In this document: positions 1 to 9,159 of the stretch, piece by piece | How positions within the stretch are numbered: the first letter of the stretch is position 1 | Layout: every line of letters starts with the position of its first letter | From: a virus | Taxonomy: Duplodnaviria > Caudoviricetes | Length of the DNA stretch: 64,000 bases | Virus record (IMG/VR): IMGVR_UViG_3300035505_000313 | Coordinates: 1 to 64,000 of that record | Reading direction: 5' to 3' (one strand) | The notes under the pieces: generated by a model | Databases searched by the model: none | Told to the model about the DNA's origin: nothing | Seen by the model: only the letters and a program-made list of their open reading frames with translations | Program-made: the position numbers and the translations under genes

Positions 1-500
1 ACTGCTGGGTCACATCTGTTTACCTCATCAATGAATAAGATTGCCAGTGCATTGTCATCCATGCAGAATACTGATAAGTCCAGTAACTTCTTGTAAATTG
101 TGTAAGTGTTCTGATTGACAATAGATGCCTTGAACTCTCTCCTGAATCTCTTGTTAAGCTTAACTAATTCAGGTTCGAACTCTTCTTCTGTCTCTGCGTT
201 CTTCTTTGCTAATGGTCGAAGCAGTCTCTCAGCTTTAACTTTCTGAGGGATAGGAATACCACCAAGCTCGCCTTCCTTAAGAAGTGAACCGAATATTGTG
301 AAAGTTTTGATGGTCGGTTTGATACCCTTTTTCTTCTCATAGAATTTCTGGACGAGTTCTGCCCCCTCACCCATCTGTTTACCATTCAATCCATCATTCC
401 ACATTGTTGATTTTCCTGTTCCTGCGTGTCCCTCGATGTAAGGTACAATTCCTGATACCATTGCGATTGCTGCACTTGTGCATACGTTGTCATAATTCAT
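1..500 (-). CDS. MoxR-like AAA+ ATPase (partial; C-terminus runs off the window edge)
   Basis: Manual translation from ATG at 500 (SD AGGAGG): MNYDNVCTSAAIAMVSGIVPYIEGHAGTGKS (Walker A) ... LAILFIDEVNRCDPA (Walker B, MoxR-type DExNR). Not in the ORF track because no stop lies in the window. Confidence 0.8.
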   Translation of the reverse strand, partial: MNYDNVCTSAAIAMVSGIVPYIEGHAGTGKSTMWNDGLNGKQMGEGAELVQKFYEKKKGIKPTIKTFTIFGSLLKEGELGGIPIPQKVKAERLLRPLAKKNAETEEEFEPELVKLNKRFRREFKASIVNQNTYTIYKKLLDLSVFCMDDNALAILFIDEVNRCDPA

Positions 501-549
501 GTTATTTTCCTCCTAAATTTGATTTAATCTATACAACATAGACACTATT

Positions 550-574
550 ATAATATATGTCTAAATCCGAATTT
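550..574 (-). promoter_or_regulatory. early-type phage promoter (AAATT-N12-TATATTAT)
   Basis: TATATTAT motif 50 nt upstream of the ATPase start; recurs before several other minus-strand operons. Confidence 0.6.
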
Positions 575-962
575 AATTTTTCATGTTTATACGTAACACT
601 TCTAATCCTGACCAGCTTGTATCTGGATTATTTACGTAATAGTAACCAATATGTTCTTCAGGTACATTCATCAAGAAGATGATATCACCAGTAGTTAAAG
701 GCTTAATTATAGCTTCTTTATAAGGTTCAGCTATACGATAATCAAAGCAACCTTTTGATAATGCTCTTCTGATAACTTCTTCACCTGATAAACCATCTGG
801 AATATTTGGTTGAACATTTAGTAATGTACTAAGTGTAGTTATTGCATAGAAAATCTGTAACTCTCTTTTTGTCATCTCAATAGTCTCATGAGAGGGCATT
901 TCTCTTGCTGTAAAATCATCTCTGTTGTACTGATAAAGCATAACTGTAGGTATCATAATCAA
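573..962 (-). CDS. hypothetical protein
   Basis: 129 aa ORF with AAGGA SD. Confidence 0.65.
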   Translation of the reverse strand: MIMIPTVMLYQYNRDDFTAREMPSHETIEMTKRELQIFYAITTLSTLLNVQPNIPDGLSGEEVIRRALSKGCFDYRIAEPYKEAIIKPLTTGDIIFLMNVPEEHIGYYYVNNPDTSWSGLEVLRINMKN

Positions 963-981
963 TCCATCCTTTCATATAAAA

Positions 982-1014
982 TGGTGGTAGGAACATACAA
1001 AATTCCTACCACCA
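982..1014 (-). terminator. intrinsic terminator after gyrA
   Basis: 12-bp inverted repeat TGGTGGTAGGAA/TTCCTACCACCA next to the gyrA stop. Confidence 0.7.
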
Positions 1015-1020
1015 ATATAG

Positions 1021-3519
1021 TTACTGTACTATAACTTTCTTTACAGAAGCACCATCTACTAATTTAACGAGTTTCTTACCGAATGTATCTCTCTTGATAG
1101 GAGTTCTGAATTCTCCACTTGGCACTACCACTAATTTATTCTCTGTGGATACCATAAGATTCTGGTTCTCATTATCTATTGTAGCTAATGATACCAACTC
1201 ATCACCCTCATTCAATCTGATTCCCATTCTTCCTTTGATTGTAGAACTTCTCTTAAGCCGAGGGAATCCATCATTGATTTGTACCATCTTCTTAGTGTTC
1301 GGGTCTTTCTTCTCTACCATATCAGTTACTCTGACAACCTTACCTAAACCTTGTTTAGTTGCAAAGAAGATTAACTGTTCATCACTACTAACGATACAAC
1401 AATCAGTAATCTCATCATCTTTTTTCAGACAGATTCCAATTACCCCCATAGAATCTCTCCTAGTGTCTGCTACCTCTGTGTACTCATATCTCACTGTCAA
1501 TCCATTCTTAGTACTCAGAATAATATCTTGCATACTCTCTGAGCTGTCAATGTATTTAACAGCAATCAACTCATCATCTTTCTTAAGCATAGTTGCAATA
1601 ATACCACAACTCATAATATGTGAGAAATGTTCAAGCTTCGTCCTCTTAATCATACCATTCTTTGTTACAAACAATAATGAAGATTCTGAATCATTCATTT
1701 GTGTATTACTTACACATAGAATACTTGTTGCATACTCACCATCCTTAAGTTTCAGATAACTCTCAACTTTCTTGCCTTTGGATTTGATATTTCCTTCAGC
1801 AATATTATATGCCTTGATATCGAACACTCTACCTAAATTGGTGAATGTTAAGATATGGTCTTTGTTACTTGCTGAGAACATGTCGATTATGTCATTGTCA
1901 CCAATAGAAATTCCACTAGTATTACGTTTCTGTGTCTTGAATGAGTTAGGAACTCTCTTGATATAGTTTCCATTACCCACTACAATCAACACATCTTCTT
2001 CTGCAATTACATCTTCCAATTTAATATTAGGGTCAATCTCAATAATCTCAGTCTTTCTAGGAGTTCCCCATTTAGAGATAATCTCCTTTTGTTCTTTGAT
2101 AATTTGCTTCTTTACATTGTTTTCTGACAGAGATTCTTCAAGCTTCTGAATTTCTTCATCGAGTTCTTTTCTTTCTTCTTTAAGCTTATTAATCTCTAAA
2201 CTGGTTAACTGATGCAATCTCATATCCACAATAGCTTCAGCTTGTAAGTATGTCAGCTCATAATTACTGTGTAATTTTTGTTTAGCATCATCCTTACTCT
2301 TGCTTTTCTTGATGATTGCTACTACATTGTCAATGTCATTCAATGCAATAACTAAACCATCTATAATATGCTGACGTTTCTTACGAGTATTAATCGTAAA
2401 GATGATTGAACGTCTGATTGTTGACATTCTAAATTCAATAAACTCAGTGAAAAATCGTTTGATTGAATAGAAGTCAAAGTGATTTCCATTCTTAGCAACA
2501 TGGCTGATTGCTAATGTTGTTTGCATTTTAGTTTCTTTCCAACATTGATTGAGTACAGTGTTAGCGTCAACACCTTTCTTTACTCTAAGTCGGATATCAA
2601 TCTTCCCACCAGATGAACAATCACTGATGTCTGTGATATTGCTTATTGCATCCTCTGGGGAAGCTGAAGTAACTGCTGTTGCAATACTCTTTAATAAACC
2701 TGAATCTGGCTTACCATCTTTAGGACCAGTAGTCTGCATATAAGGAATCTCAGTGATAATGATATCTGATGTACCATTCTTATTCTCATGGATTTCTGTT
2801 TTACATCTTACTGTGATAGTACCTGTGTTCTCCTTGTAAGCTTTAATTGTACTATTCTTACTACAGATGATACCACCAGTAGGAAAGTCTGGTTGTAGTT
2901 TGTTACAGAGTTCATCATTAGAAATCTCAGGATTCTTAACCACATCAATAACTAGATTACAGACTTCAGTGAGATTATGTGGCATAATCATCTGTGTAAA
3001 GCCACCTGCAATACCCCATGAACCATTAACTAAAAGCATTAAGGTTTTAAAAGGTAAAACTTCTGGCTCTAACTCTGTTTCATCATAGTTACGTTCAAAG
3101 TCTACTGGTTTTGTCTTGAGAGCTTCTAAATTATACTCTGTAAATTTATCAAATCTAACTTCTGTGTATCTCATCGCGGCACTGGATGAACCATCTACAG
3201 AACCAAAGTTACCATGACCATCAACTAATGGAATATTAAGAGAAAAGGGTTGAGCCATTCTTACTAATGCACCATATGCACTGGCATCACCGTGTGGACT
3301 GTAGCGTCCGATGACATCCCCTACAACTCTAGCTGATTTCTTATGGGGTGAACTACTTGACAGTTTTAAATCATACATATCCCATAACACATGCCTATGG
3401 ATTGGTTTACATCCATCCCTAACATCTGCAATGGCTCTGTCATACATAATACTCATAAAGTATTCAAGCATATTCTCTTTGAGAATCTTATCAACACTTT
3501 TTGGTATAATATTTCCCAT
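1021..3519 (-). CDS. gyrA: DNA gyrase / type IIA topoisomerase subunit A
   Basis: DVRDGCKPIHR, KSARVVGDVIGRYSPHGD, AAMRYTE catalytic Tyr, C-terminal beta-pinwheel repeats. Confidence 0.96.
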   Translation of the reverse strand: MGNIIPKSVDKILKENMLEYFMSIMYDRAIADVRDGCKPIHRHVLWDMYDLKLSSSSPHKKSARVVGDVIGRYSPHGDASAYGALVRMAQPFSLNIPLVDGHGNFGSVDGSSSAAMRYTEVRFDKFTEYNLEALKTKPVDFERNYDETELEPEVLPFKTLMLLVNGSWGIAGGFTQMIMPHNLTEVCNLVIDVVKNPEISNDELCNKLQPDFPTGGIICSKNSTIKAYKENTGTITVRCKTEIHENKNGTSDIIITEIPYMQTTGPKDGKPDSGLLKSIATAVTSASPEDAISNITDISDCSSGGKIDIRLRVKKGVDANTVLNQCWKETKMQTTLAISHVAKNGNHFDFYSIKRFFTEFIEFRMSTIRRSIIFTINTRKKRQHIIDGLVIALNDIDNVVAIIKKSKSKDDAKQKLHSNYELTYLQAEAIVDMRLHQLTSLEINKLKEERKELDEEIQKLEESLSENNVKKQIIKEQKEIISKWGTPRKTEIIEIDPNIKLEDVIAEEDVLIVVGNGNYIKRVPNSFKTQKRNTSGISIGDNDIIDMFSASNKDHILTFTNLGRVFDIKAYNIAEGNIKSKGKKVESYLKLKDGEYATSILCVSNTQMNDSESSLLFVTKNGMIKRTKLEHFSHIMSCGIIATMLKKDDELIAVKYIDSSESMQDIILSTKNGLTVRYEYTEVADTRRDSMGVIGICLKKDDEITDCCIVSSDEQLIFFATKQGLGKVVRVTDMVEKKDPNTKKMVQINDGFPRLKRSSTIKGRMGIRLNEGDELVSLATIDNENQNLMVSTENKLVVVPSGEFRTPIKRDTFGKKLVKLVDGASVKKVIVQ

Positions 3520-3548
3520 TTTATGTTATTCCTCCTTGTAATTTAATA

Positions 3549-3560
3549 TAATTACTTGTT
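3549..3560 (-). promoter_or_regulatory. late-type promoter AACA-N6-TA (gyrA)
   Basis: AACA-AGTAAT-TA 30 nt upstream of the start. Confidence 0.6.
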
Positions 3561-3625
3561 TTTCCTTATATTTGACAAGAAAAAACGAGGAGTAAGAACT
3601 GTTGTCCCTTACCCCTCTGGTGTTG

Positions 3626-4081
3626 TTACTCTTTGAAAATGTCCTCTTTATTGGACACAGGAATGAAATATGCAATATTATTCTTCGTATCCATCAAACC
3701 AATAGCTAGTAGCCTATTGATGTCATTACCACTGAACATTGCACATTTGCACAAATCTGATGATATATCAAAGCTTCCTAATGCACACTGAACTGTGTCA
3801 TCATTATCTTTAATCTCCTGAACGTAATCTCTGAATCTATTTGCAAAGATATCATCTAGCTCAACATCATCACCGATACCCAGTGCATAAGCTTCCTTAG
3901 AAGCAAAGAAGTTCTCAGACCTAATTATAGAAGCTAAATATTCAAAGTTGATACGACTTGTCTTTGCAAACCTCTTGATGAAGAAATCAAACTGCCCATT
4001 GTTTGCATACAGTTTGAAATAGGTCATTACAGTACTATCAACACTGTCATTGTCTGTTATTACACCTACATGATTATACAT
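3626..4081 (-). CDS. hypothetical protein
   Basis: 151 aa ORF, SD GAGGAG. Confidence 0.7.
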   Translation of the reverse strand: MYNHVGVITDNDSVDSTVMTYFKLYANNGQFDFFIKRFAKTSRINFEYLASIIRSENFFASKEAYALGIGDDVELDDIFANRFRDYVQEIKDNDDTVQCALGSFDISSDLCKCAMFSGNDINRLLAIGLMDTKNNIAYFIPVSNKEDIFKE

Positions 4082-4084
4082 ATT

Positions 4085-4906
4085 TTACTCCTCTTCTTTC
4101 ACTTTGTTATTTCCTACATCTATTCCATAAACATTCTCAACCTCATCCCAGAAGTTATACTTGCATAATGGTGAAGCTTTCTTATACAAGTAATAGTTAG
4201 GAAATCCTTTAGGTTTAAATAAACCAAAGTATTCCATGTTCTTGCTTACCAAGTACTCAACAACTGCTGCTGAACTGTCTGGTCCTTCATAACCTTTAAT
4301 AGCTGAATCTGATTCACATAACAGTTCACCAACCTTTGTAACAAATGGCTGAGAATAGTTAATGTAACAGTATTCACAGAAATCGTCAAGACCTGCAAAC
4401 TCCTTAACATAATTTCCGATGTACTTCTCATATTTCTCTTGTGTCATAATTGTTTCGTCATAATTACTAAACAAACAACGTAACATTAACTTAGCGTTAG
4501 TAGACAAATCAGTTATAAATCCTGCATACCCCTCAAAATCACTTGCTAAGAACTGGTTCAAATCACTGTGCTGTTCTTCTTTCTTATGTGAGATTATGAA
4601 TGTCTTACCATTCAGTTCATCATCAGTGACAAACTTACATAATGGATAGATGTGAGTATTTCCAGTTCCACCACATATTCTGTCACTTATAACACCCTCA
4701 ACATAAACCATCTGGATAAACTCAAATGGTTTATTTTTGTCAATCCACACAATACCTTGTATATGTTTGTCATCTTCTAATTTAACAAAGTGTTCTGATG
4801 ATACCTGTGGATTAACCATCAAGCAGTAAAATGTTGATGAGTTCTTAACTACATACTGACAATGTGGTCTGAACTCCATGAATCTTTCATCACCTCTAAA
4901 AATCAT
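4085..4906 (-). CDS. hypothetical protein (likely paralog of 4910..5740)
   Basis: 273 aa; C-terminal DSSAAVVEYLVSKNMEYFGLF resembles DECATGLIEVLVFKYRDLFGLY of the neighbour. Confidence 0.7.
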   Translation of the reverse strand: MIFRGDERFMEFRPHCQYVVKNSSTFYCLMVNPQVSSEHFVKLEDDKHIQGIVWIDKNKPFEFIQMVYVEGVISDRICGGTGNTHIYPLCKFVTDDELNGKTFIISHKKEEQHSDLNQFLASDFEGYAGFITDLSTNAKLMLRCLFSNYDETIMTQEKYEKYIGNYVKEFAGLDDFCEYCYINYSQPFVTKVGELLCESDSAIKGYEGPDSSAAVVEYLVSKNMEYFGLFKPKGFPNYYLYKKASPLCKYNFWDEVENVYGIDVGNNKVKEEE

Positions 4907-4909
4907 CTT

Positions 4910-5740
4910 TTAATCCTCCTTTTGATTGTGTAATTTGTTTAAGAACTCATTTGTTTTAGTTCCATTGTAAAAAGTAGCAGTTGTATCTACTATCCAATTC
5001 TTATTATCTGCATCAAAGTACAACCCAAACAAGTCTCTGTATTTAAAGACAAGAACCTCTATTAGTCCAGTAGCACACTCATCTTGATAACAAGTGTATG
5101 ATGGATTGTGGCACTCTTTAACAGCATCATCAAGACCATGATAAGCAGAGAATAAGTTATCCATAAATGTATGACTGACTAATTCTGCAATAATCAAATT
5201 GATGTTGTTAGGAACAGTCTTCATAATGTAATTGAAAGCCACATTGAATGTTGGGAAGAATTTAAGTCTACATACGATTTGATTAAAGAAACTGAAATTG
5301 GTATATTCCTCTGATTCTTTAATAAGCTGACTTCTAGTCTTAATATCATTCCCAAGTATAAAGTCAATGTGATTGTACTTAGGACAAAGGCAACCTGCTT
5401 TTTCTTTCATCAGATATGGATGAAGAAGTCTTCCAGAGAAAGCTTCAACACCTGAACCAGTTAACATACCTTCTTCTCCTTGATAGATTACAATATTACA
5501 CTGGTCGTAAGTACAAATTCCTCTGTAGTTCTTTCCATCAAAAATGACTGTGTCAATGACAACTGTGTCTCCTTCCCTTAAATTAATCCTTTTTTCCTTG
5601 TTGCTAAATGGAATGAAAGTGAACATACCATCTTCTGTAACACAATAGTCATTTCCTTCCTGTTCTTTTGCATTGATTGTTGTAAGTGTCTCGTGATTCT
5701 TGAAACCTGTAGAGATTTCACTGCTTGTTAATACACCCAT
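4910..5740 (-). CDS. hypothetical protein (likely paralog of 4085..4906)
   Basis: 276 aa ORF, SD AGGAGG. Confidence 0.7.
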   Translation of the reverse strand: MGVLTSSEISTGFKNHETLTTINAKEQEGNDYCVTEDGMFTFIPFSNKEKRINLREGDTVVIDTVIFDGKNYRGICTYDQCNIVIYQGEEGMLTGSGVEAFSGRLLHPYLMKEKAGCLCPKYNHIDFILGNDIKTRSQLIKESEEYTNFSFFNQIVCRLKFFPTFNVAFNYIMKTVPNNINLIIAELVSHTFMDNLFSAYHGLDDAVKECHNPSYTCYQDECATGLIEVLVFKYRDLFGLYFDADNKNWIVDTTATFYNGTKTNEFLNKLHNQKED

Positions 5741-5758
5741 AATAATGTCCTCCTTAGT

Positions 5759-6130
5759 TCATTTCTTTTCTAACTTGCCATGTTTCTCTAAATCTCTTAT
5801 TGAGTTTTCAATAACAGCCCAACCCATATCAATACTCCTATCCTGCAAAGGCTTTCTACTGTCTCTTGCAATTTGGTATACTGCATCATCAGTATCTTTA
5901 TAACCTTCATCATAAAGCTTATTTATGATGTCCTCTTCAAGCCAGAGAACACTGCCAAAGAAATGATTCCTGTCAATCAAGTCTGCATCATTATCCATTC
6001 TAGCAACATCTTTTTCAATGTCATCCAAAATTTCTTGAAGAGCTTTGCCTACCTTTTTACATCCTTCAAAGTTACTATTATTCAATAGTACCATGACTGC
6101 TTCTCTTAATTCACTTTGTTTAATGTCCAT
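5759..6130 (-). CDS. hypothetical early protein
   Basis: 123 aa ORF, SD AGGAGG, downstream of the TATATTAT motif at 6173-6180. Confidence 0.7.
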   Translation of the reverse strand: MDIKQSELREAVMVLLNNSNFEGCKKVGKALQEILDDIEKDVARMDNDADLIDRNHFFGSVLWLEEDIINKLYDEGYKDTDDAVYQIARDSRKPLQDRSIDMGWAVIENSIRDLEKHGKLEKK

Positions 6131-6172
6131 AATAATTCCTCCTTTTAAGAAATGTATTTTTGTTACACCTTA

Positions 6173-6196
6173 ATAATATATACTTAAAATGAATTT
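6173..6196 (-). promoter_or_regulatory. early-type phage promoter (AAATT-N11-TATATTAT)
   Basis: Motif 43 nt upstream of the 6130 start. Confidence 0.6.
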
Positions 6197-6290
6197 GAGA
6201 GATTAGACATAAATCTAATCTCTCAAAATAAAAAATCGTAAAATGTTAAAGTATAAATAGATATTATCGCTATAAAAACAAGTAAAATTA

Positions 6291-6341
6291 CAAAGACGAA
6301 AGTCGGAAAGGACCACCATATGTCCAATGGTGGTAACAGGT
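6291..6341 (+). ncRNA. structured 5' leader (GNRA hairpin + H-type pseudoknot), copy 1
   Basis: CAAA-GAC GAAA GTC-GGAAA-GGAC-CACCAT-AT-GTCC-A-ATGGTG-GTAACAGGT; covarying second copy at 24352..24401. Confidence 0.65.
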
Positions 6342-6347
6342 GTAGTT

Positions 6348-6572
6348 ATGGTGGATAAATTTAATTTTTATGTAAATCTCGCAAACGAGATTTACGAGGT
6401 AACTGGTAGTATGGGTTCTGGTCAGTTAAGTGATTGGCTGAAAGACCAGAATCCAAGAGCGATTGATATCGCTCTTTCTATCATGGAGGTAATCAGAGAT
6501 AAGGGCAGTTACACTGATTTAGCTCCACGAATCAGTTCCGTAAGGCAACTGATGCATGAGTTATACCAGTAG
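6348..6572 (+). CDS. hypothetical early protein (74 aa; start revised from 6327 to 6348)
   Basis: The ATG at 6327 lies inside the leader stem; the ATG at 6348 follows AGGTG and matches the position in the second leader copy. Confidence 0.6.
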   Translation: MVDKFNFYVNLANEIYEVTGSMGSGQLSDWLKDQNPRAIDIALSIMEVIRDKGSYTDLAPRISSVRQLMHELYQ

Positions 6573-6582
6573 TAGCATAAGC

Positions 6583-6641
6583 TACACAAACAGAATAAAC
6601 ATTAGTTTTTCTGTAACTAATAACAAGGTTTCTTTTTTTTT
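6583..6641 (+). repeat. conserved ~58 nt 3' element / terminator, copy 1
   Basis: TACACAAACAGAATAAACATTAGTTTTTCTGTAACTAATAACAAGGTTTC-T(n); one mismatch to the reverse complement of 23956..24015. Confidence 0.85.
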
Positions 6642-6659
6642 CTATGTTCCGAAAAATAA

Positions 6660-6998
6660 TTACTTCTTCATTTGCTTATTGAAGTTAATCACCTTATATG
6701 TATCATTCACATAGTTATCTATACGAATGATACAGCATAACAATTCTTTCTCTCGTTCATCTGTAACGATAATTACTTGATATTCATCGTTAATATCTTC
6801 TTTTTGTTTAGGTTCGAAAAATGCCCTAAAAACGTGGTATTTGGTAAGTTCTTCAATATGTATAAAGTAACCAAATACCAAGTTCTTAATAGATAATCCA
6901 TACTCATGCCCCTCAGATATTCTAATCCACGGATTAGATTTATCTTTAAACTCAAATTTAGAGTTGACCATTCGTTCAGCTATCTTGTTCGGATTCAT
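6660..6998 (-). CDS. hypothetical protein
   Basis: 112 aa ORF overlapping the end of the upstream gene. Confidence 0.6.
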   Translation of the reverse strand: MNPNKIAERMVNSKFEFKDKSNPWIRISEGHEYGLSIKNLVFGYFIHIEELTKYHVFRAFFEPKQKEDINDEYQVIIVTDEREKELLCCIIRIDNYVNDTYKVINFNKQMKK

Positions 6999-7371
6999 CC
7001 TTCTTATCCACCTTTTTATTCTTCTTACTAGTACTCTTACGAAAGGAATTTTCCTTCTCCTCTAAAAGCTTTTTGTTTTCTTCTGTAAGCTTAGTGATAA
7101 TTACATTATCTCTACAAGCTTGTTTATATTTACCTAATTCATACAATGTATACATCAAATGTGACAATGGTGTATCAAAGTCTTCTTTGTTAGGTTTAAA
7201 CTTAGGAAACATCAAATCTTCTGGTAAGTCAGGAATAGATGGTTTGTCTTGATAACTGTTGTAATATACAATATTTCTATTGAAATAGAATGTAGTCTTA
7301 GTCCACTCTTTAAGCTTTGTGATAAGGTTGTTATGTTCCGTATCTACATTTTTAATTCCATACGTTTGCAT
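6976..7371 (-). CDS. hypothetical protein (start revised to MQTYG at 7371)
   Basis: AGGAGG SD upstream of 7371; the longer ORF start runs through a terminator. Confidence 0.65.
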   Translation of the reverse strand: MQTYGIKNVDTEHNNLITKLKEWTKTTFYFNRNIVYYNSYQDKPSIPDLPEDLMFPKFKPNKEDFDTPLSHLMYTLYELGKYKQACRDNVIITKLTEENKKLLEEKENSFRKSTSKKNKKVDKKDESEQDS

Positions 7372-7435
7372 ATTATTTTTCCTCCTAATTATAAATTTTA
7401 TAATAATGTTTAGAGGAATAATTGTGCAAAAAAAA

Positions 7436-7469
7436 AAAACAGAATGGTATCTCTCAACCATTCTGTTTT
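7436..7469 (-). terminator. intrinsic terminator
   Basis: AAAACAGAATGGT/ACCATTCTGTTTT stem with adjacent A12 run. Confidence 0.7.
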
Positions 7470-7561
7470 TAGTTCCTATCCAAATGGAATGACCGTCTCA
7501 ATTCCACATAAGTTATCATCTATATAAATAAACTCCTGTTCCCCTCTCGTTTATCCTTTTC

Positions 7562-8422
7562 TTACTTAATCTTCTTATCGAAATCAGCCATAATGTTTGC
7601 ACACTGTGATGACCAATTCTTAGAACTGGAGTAATTCTTGTTCATCCCTACTAACGTTGCTCCGTTATAATATTTACCATTAGTTGATAGATAGTTTTTC
7701 GCTATCGTTGGTGTACATTTAACTAAGCAATCGCTCATCGAACTAAATGAGCTTGCAGACGAGTAAGCACTGCCATCATAGGCACACCATGAAAGTATGT
7801 TATTCTTATTCACAGCGAGGTTGGACTTACCCCATCCACTTTCTACTGCAGTTATTGACATTAAAGCCACTGCATTAATTCCGTCTACAGCTTCACAATA
7901 CTTAAAATAGTATCCTAAACCTGCCAAACCAGTTCCCTTTAAATACTGGTTTAATTCATCAGCAGTTGCAAGTGATTCTCTCTTTAAATTAAAGTTCTTC
8001 AAAGAGCTTGCTGTTGGAGTTGCTTTAAATCCACTTGCTATCAATGAAATCTTACGCTTAGATTCATAAGTCTTATACTTCTTAAGTTTCTTAGAGTAAG
8101 TATCTTCCATTTTCTTAATGTTCTTAGTGAGCTTCTTAAACTTCTCACTATACTCATCATTGGATTTCTTTAGCTTCTCGTTACTTTCTGTTAATGACAA
8201 AATATCAGAATCTTGTTCCACAATTCTGTCATTCATTGTTTCAACCTTCTCTTGCAACTCGTTAATTGTAGTCTGTTGCTCATCTACAGTCTTCTGGCAA
8301 GACACATAACGTGTTCCATATAGTCGTAGAGTTACAATATTGACAGCAATAATACATACTACCAATATAATTAAGAAACCTTTTAACAGGTTCTTGATTC
8401 CAGACTGATTGTTTTTCTTCAT
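7562..8422 (-). CDS. membrane-anchored GH73 glucosaminidase (peptidoglycan hydrolase) with coiled-coil stalk
   Basis: N-terminal TM helix, coiled coil, then INAVALMSITAVESGWGKSNLAVNKNNIL and Y...W motifs typical of the glucosaminidase domain. Confidence 0.8.
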   Translation of the reverse strand: MKKNNQSGIKNLLKGFLIILVVCIIAVNIVTLRLYGTRYVSCQKTVDEQQTTINELQEKVETMNDRIVEQDSDILSLTESNEKLKKSNDEYSEKFKKLTKNIKKMEDTYSKKLKKYKTYESKRKISLIASGFKATPTASSLKNFNLKRESLATADELNQYLKGTGLAGLGYYFKYCEAVDGINAVALMSITAVESGWGKSNLAVNKNNILSWCAYDGSAYSSASSFSSMSDCLVKCTPTIAKNYLSTNGKYYNGATLVGMNKNYSSSKNWSSQCANIMADFDKKIK

Positions 8423-8521
8423 AAAGTTTACCTCCTATAATCAGCAACATATTTTCTTCTTTCTTTTATGTCACCATAATTGATTGATTATCGTTTGTTG
8501 ACGGTCTGATTATTTTTGGAT

Positions 8522-8533
8522 TATATCTATGTT
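8522..8533 (-). promoter_or_regulatory. late-type promoter AACA-N6-TA
   Basis: AACA-TAGATA-TA 100 nt upstream of the glucosaminidase. Confidence 0.45.
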
Positions 8534-8589
8534 AACTCACTTAAAGGGAAGTGAGATTATTTTCAAAATTATATTTTTGTTACATTGTC

Positions 8590-9155
8590 AAAAAAAAGAA
8601 TTAAAAGGAATTGGAGAAAGACCATAAATTAAGCCTTTCTCCAAAATACGAAAAAATAATTTCATTACTCCCTAATAAAGGAGAGCTTATATAAAAAGAC
8701 ATTGGACCTATCATGCAAAAATCCTTTATTTGTCTTTTTACCAAATTTAATTGCTGGCATAGAATTAGATAGTCGGAAGTAGATATCAGTATTACATATG
8801 AAACTCTATCAAGTCCTATACCAGCATGAAAGTGTTGTTATTTTGTTTGCTAAAAGCTTAGAAAGTTAAATAGAAGGTGTTATGGGCATAATATAATTAT
8901 GAAAAGAACCCATTGCTATTAGACCTTCTAAACTTTTTATACGCAAACTTTAAAAAAGCATCCTGTTTTTACAAGCAGAAACAGTTATACACATAGTATT
9001 AAAGAACAGGAAAACTTTTATACCAACTGTTTCTGCTTCGTGTGGATTTGGAGGAACAAAAACCGCATCCACACACAAATATAATTCAGAGATGAGATAT
9101 AGAGAAAGCGTACTAGCCGACACACACAATGCTAATACATTCCCTCTAATCTCAC
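8590..9155 (-). ncRNA. putative early non-coding RNA made of ~7 tandem hairpins
   Basis: ORF-free; TATATTAT promoter at 9160-9167, terminator at 8611-8644 with A8 run; stems at 9091-9155, 9039-9075, 8973-9038, 8862-8936, 8753-8825, 8693-8739, 8668-8685. Confidence 0.6.
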
Positions 9156-9159
9156 TATA

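Noticed and set aside
6291-6341. Hammerhead ribozyme or c-di-GMP-I riboswitch for the leader motif
   Set aside because: No CUGANGA core, and only superficial GAAA similarity to GEMM; kept as an unassigned motif.
8590-9155. tRNA genes in the long intergenic region
   Set aside because: No cloverleaf, T-loop GTTCRA or D-loop signature; the hairpins are long and unbranched.
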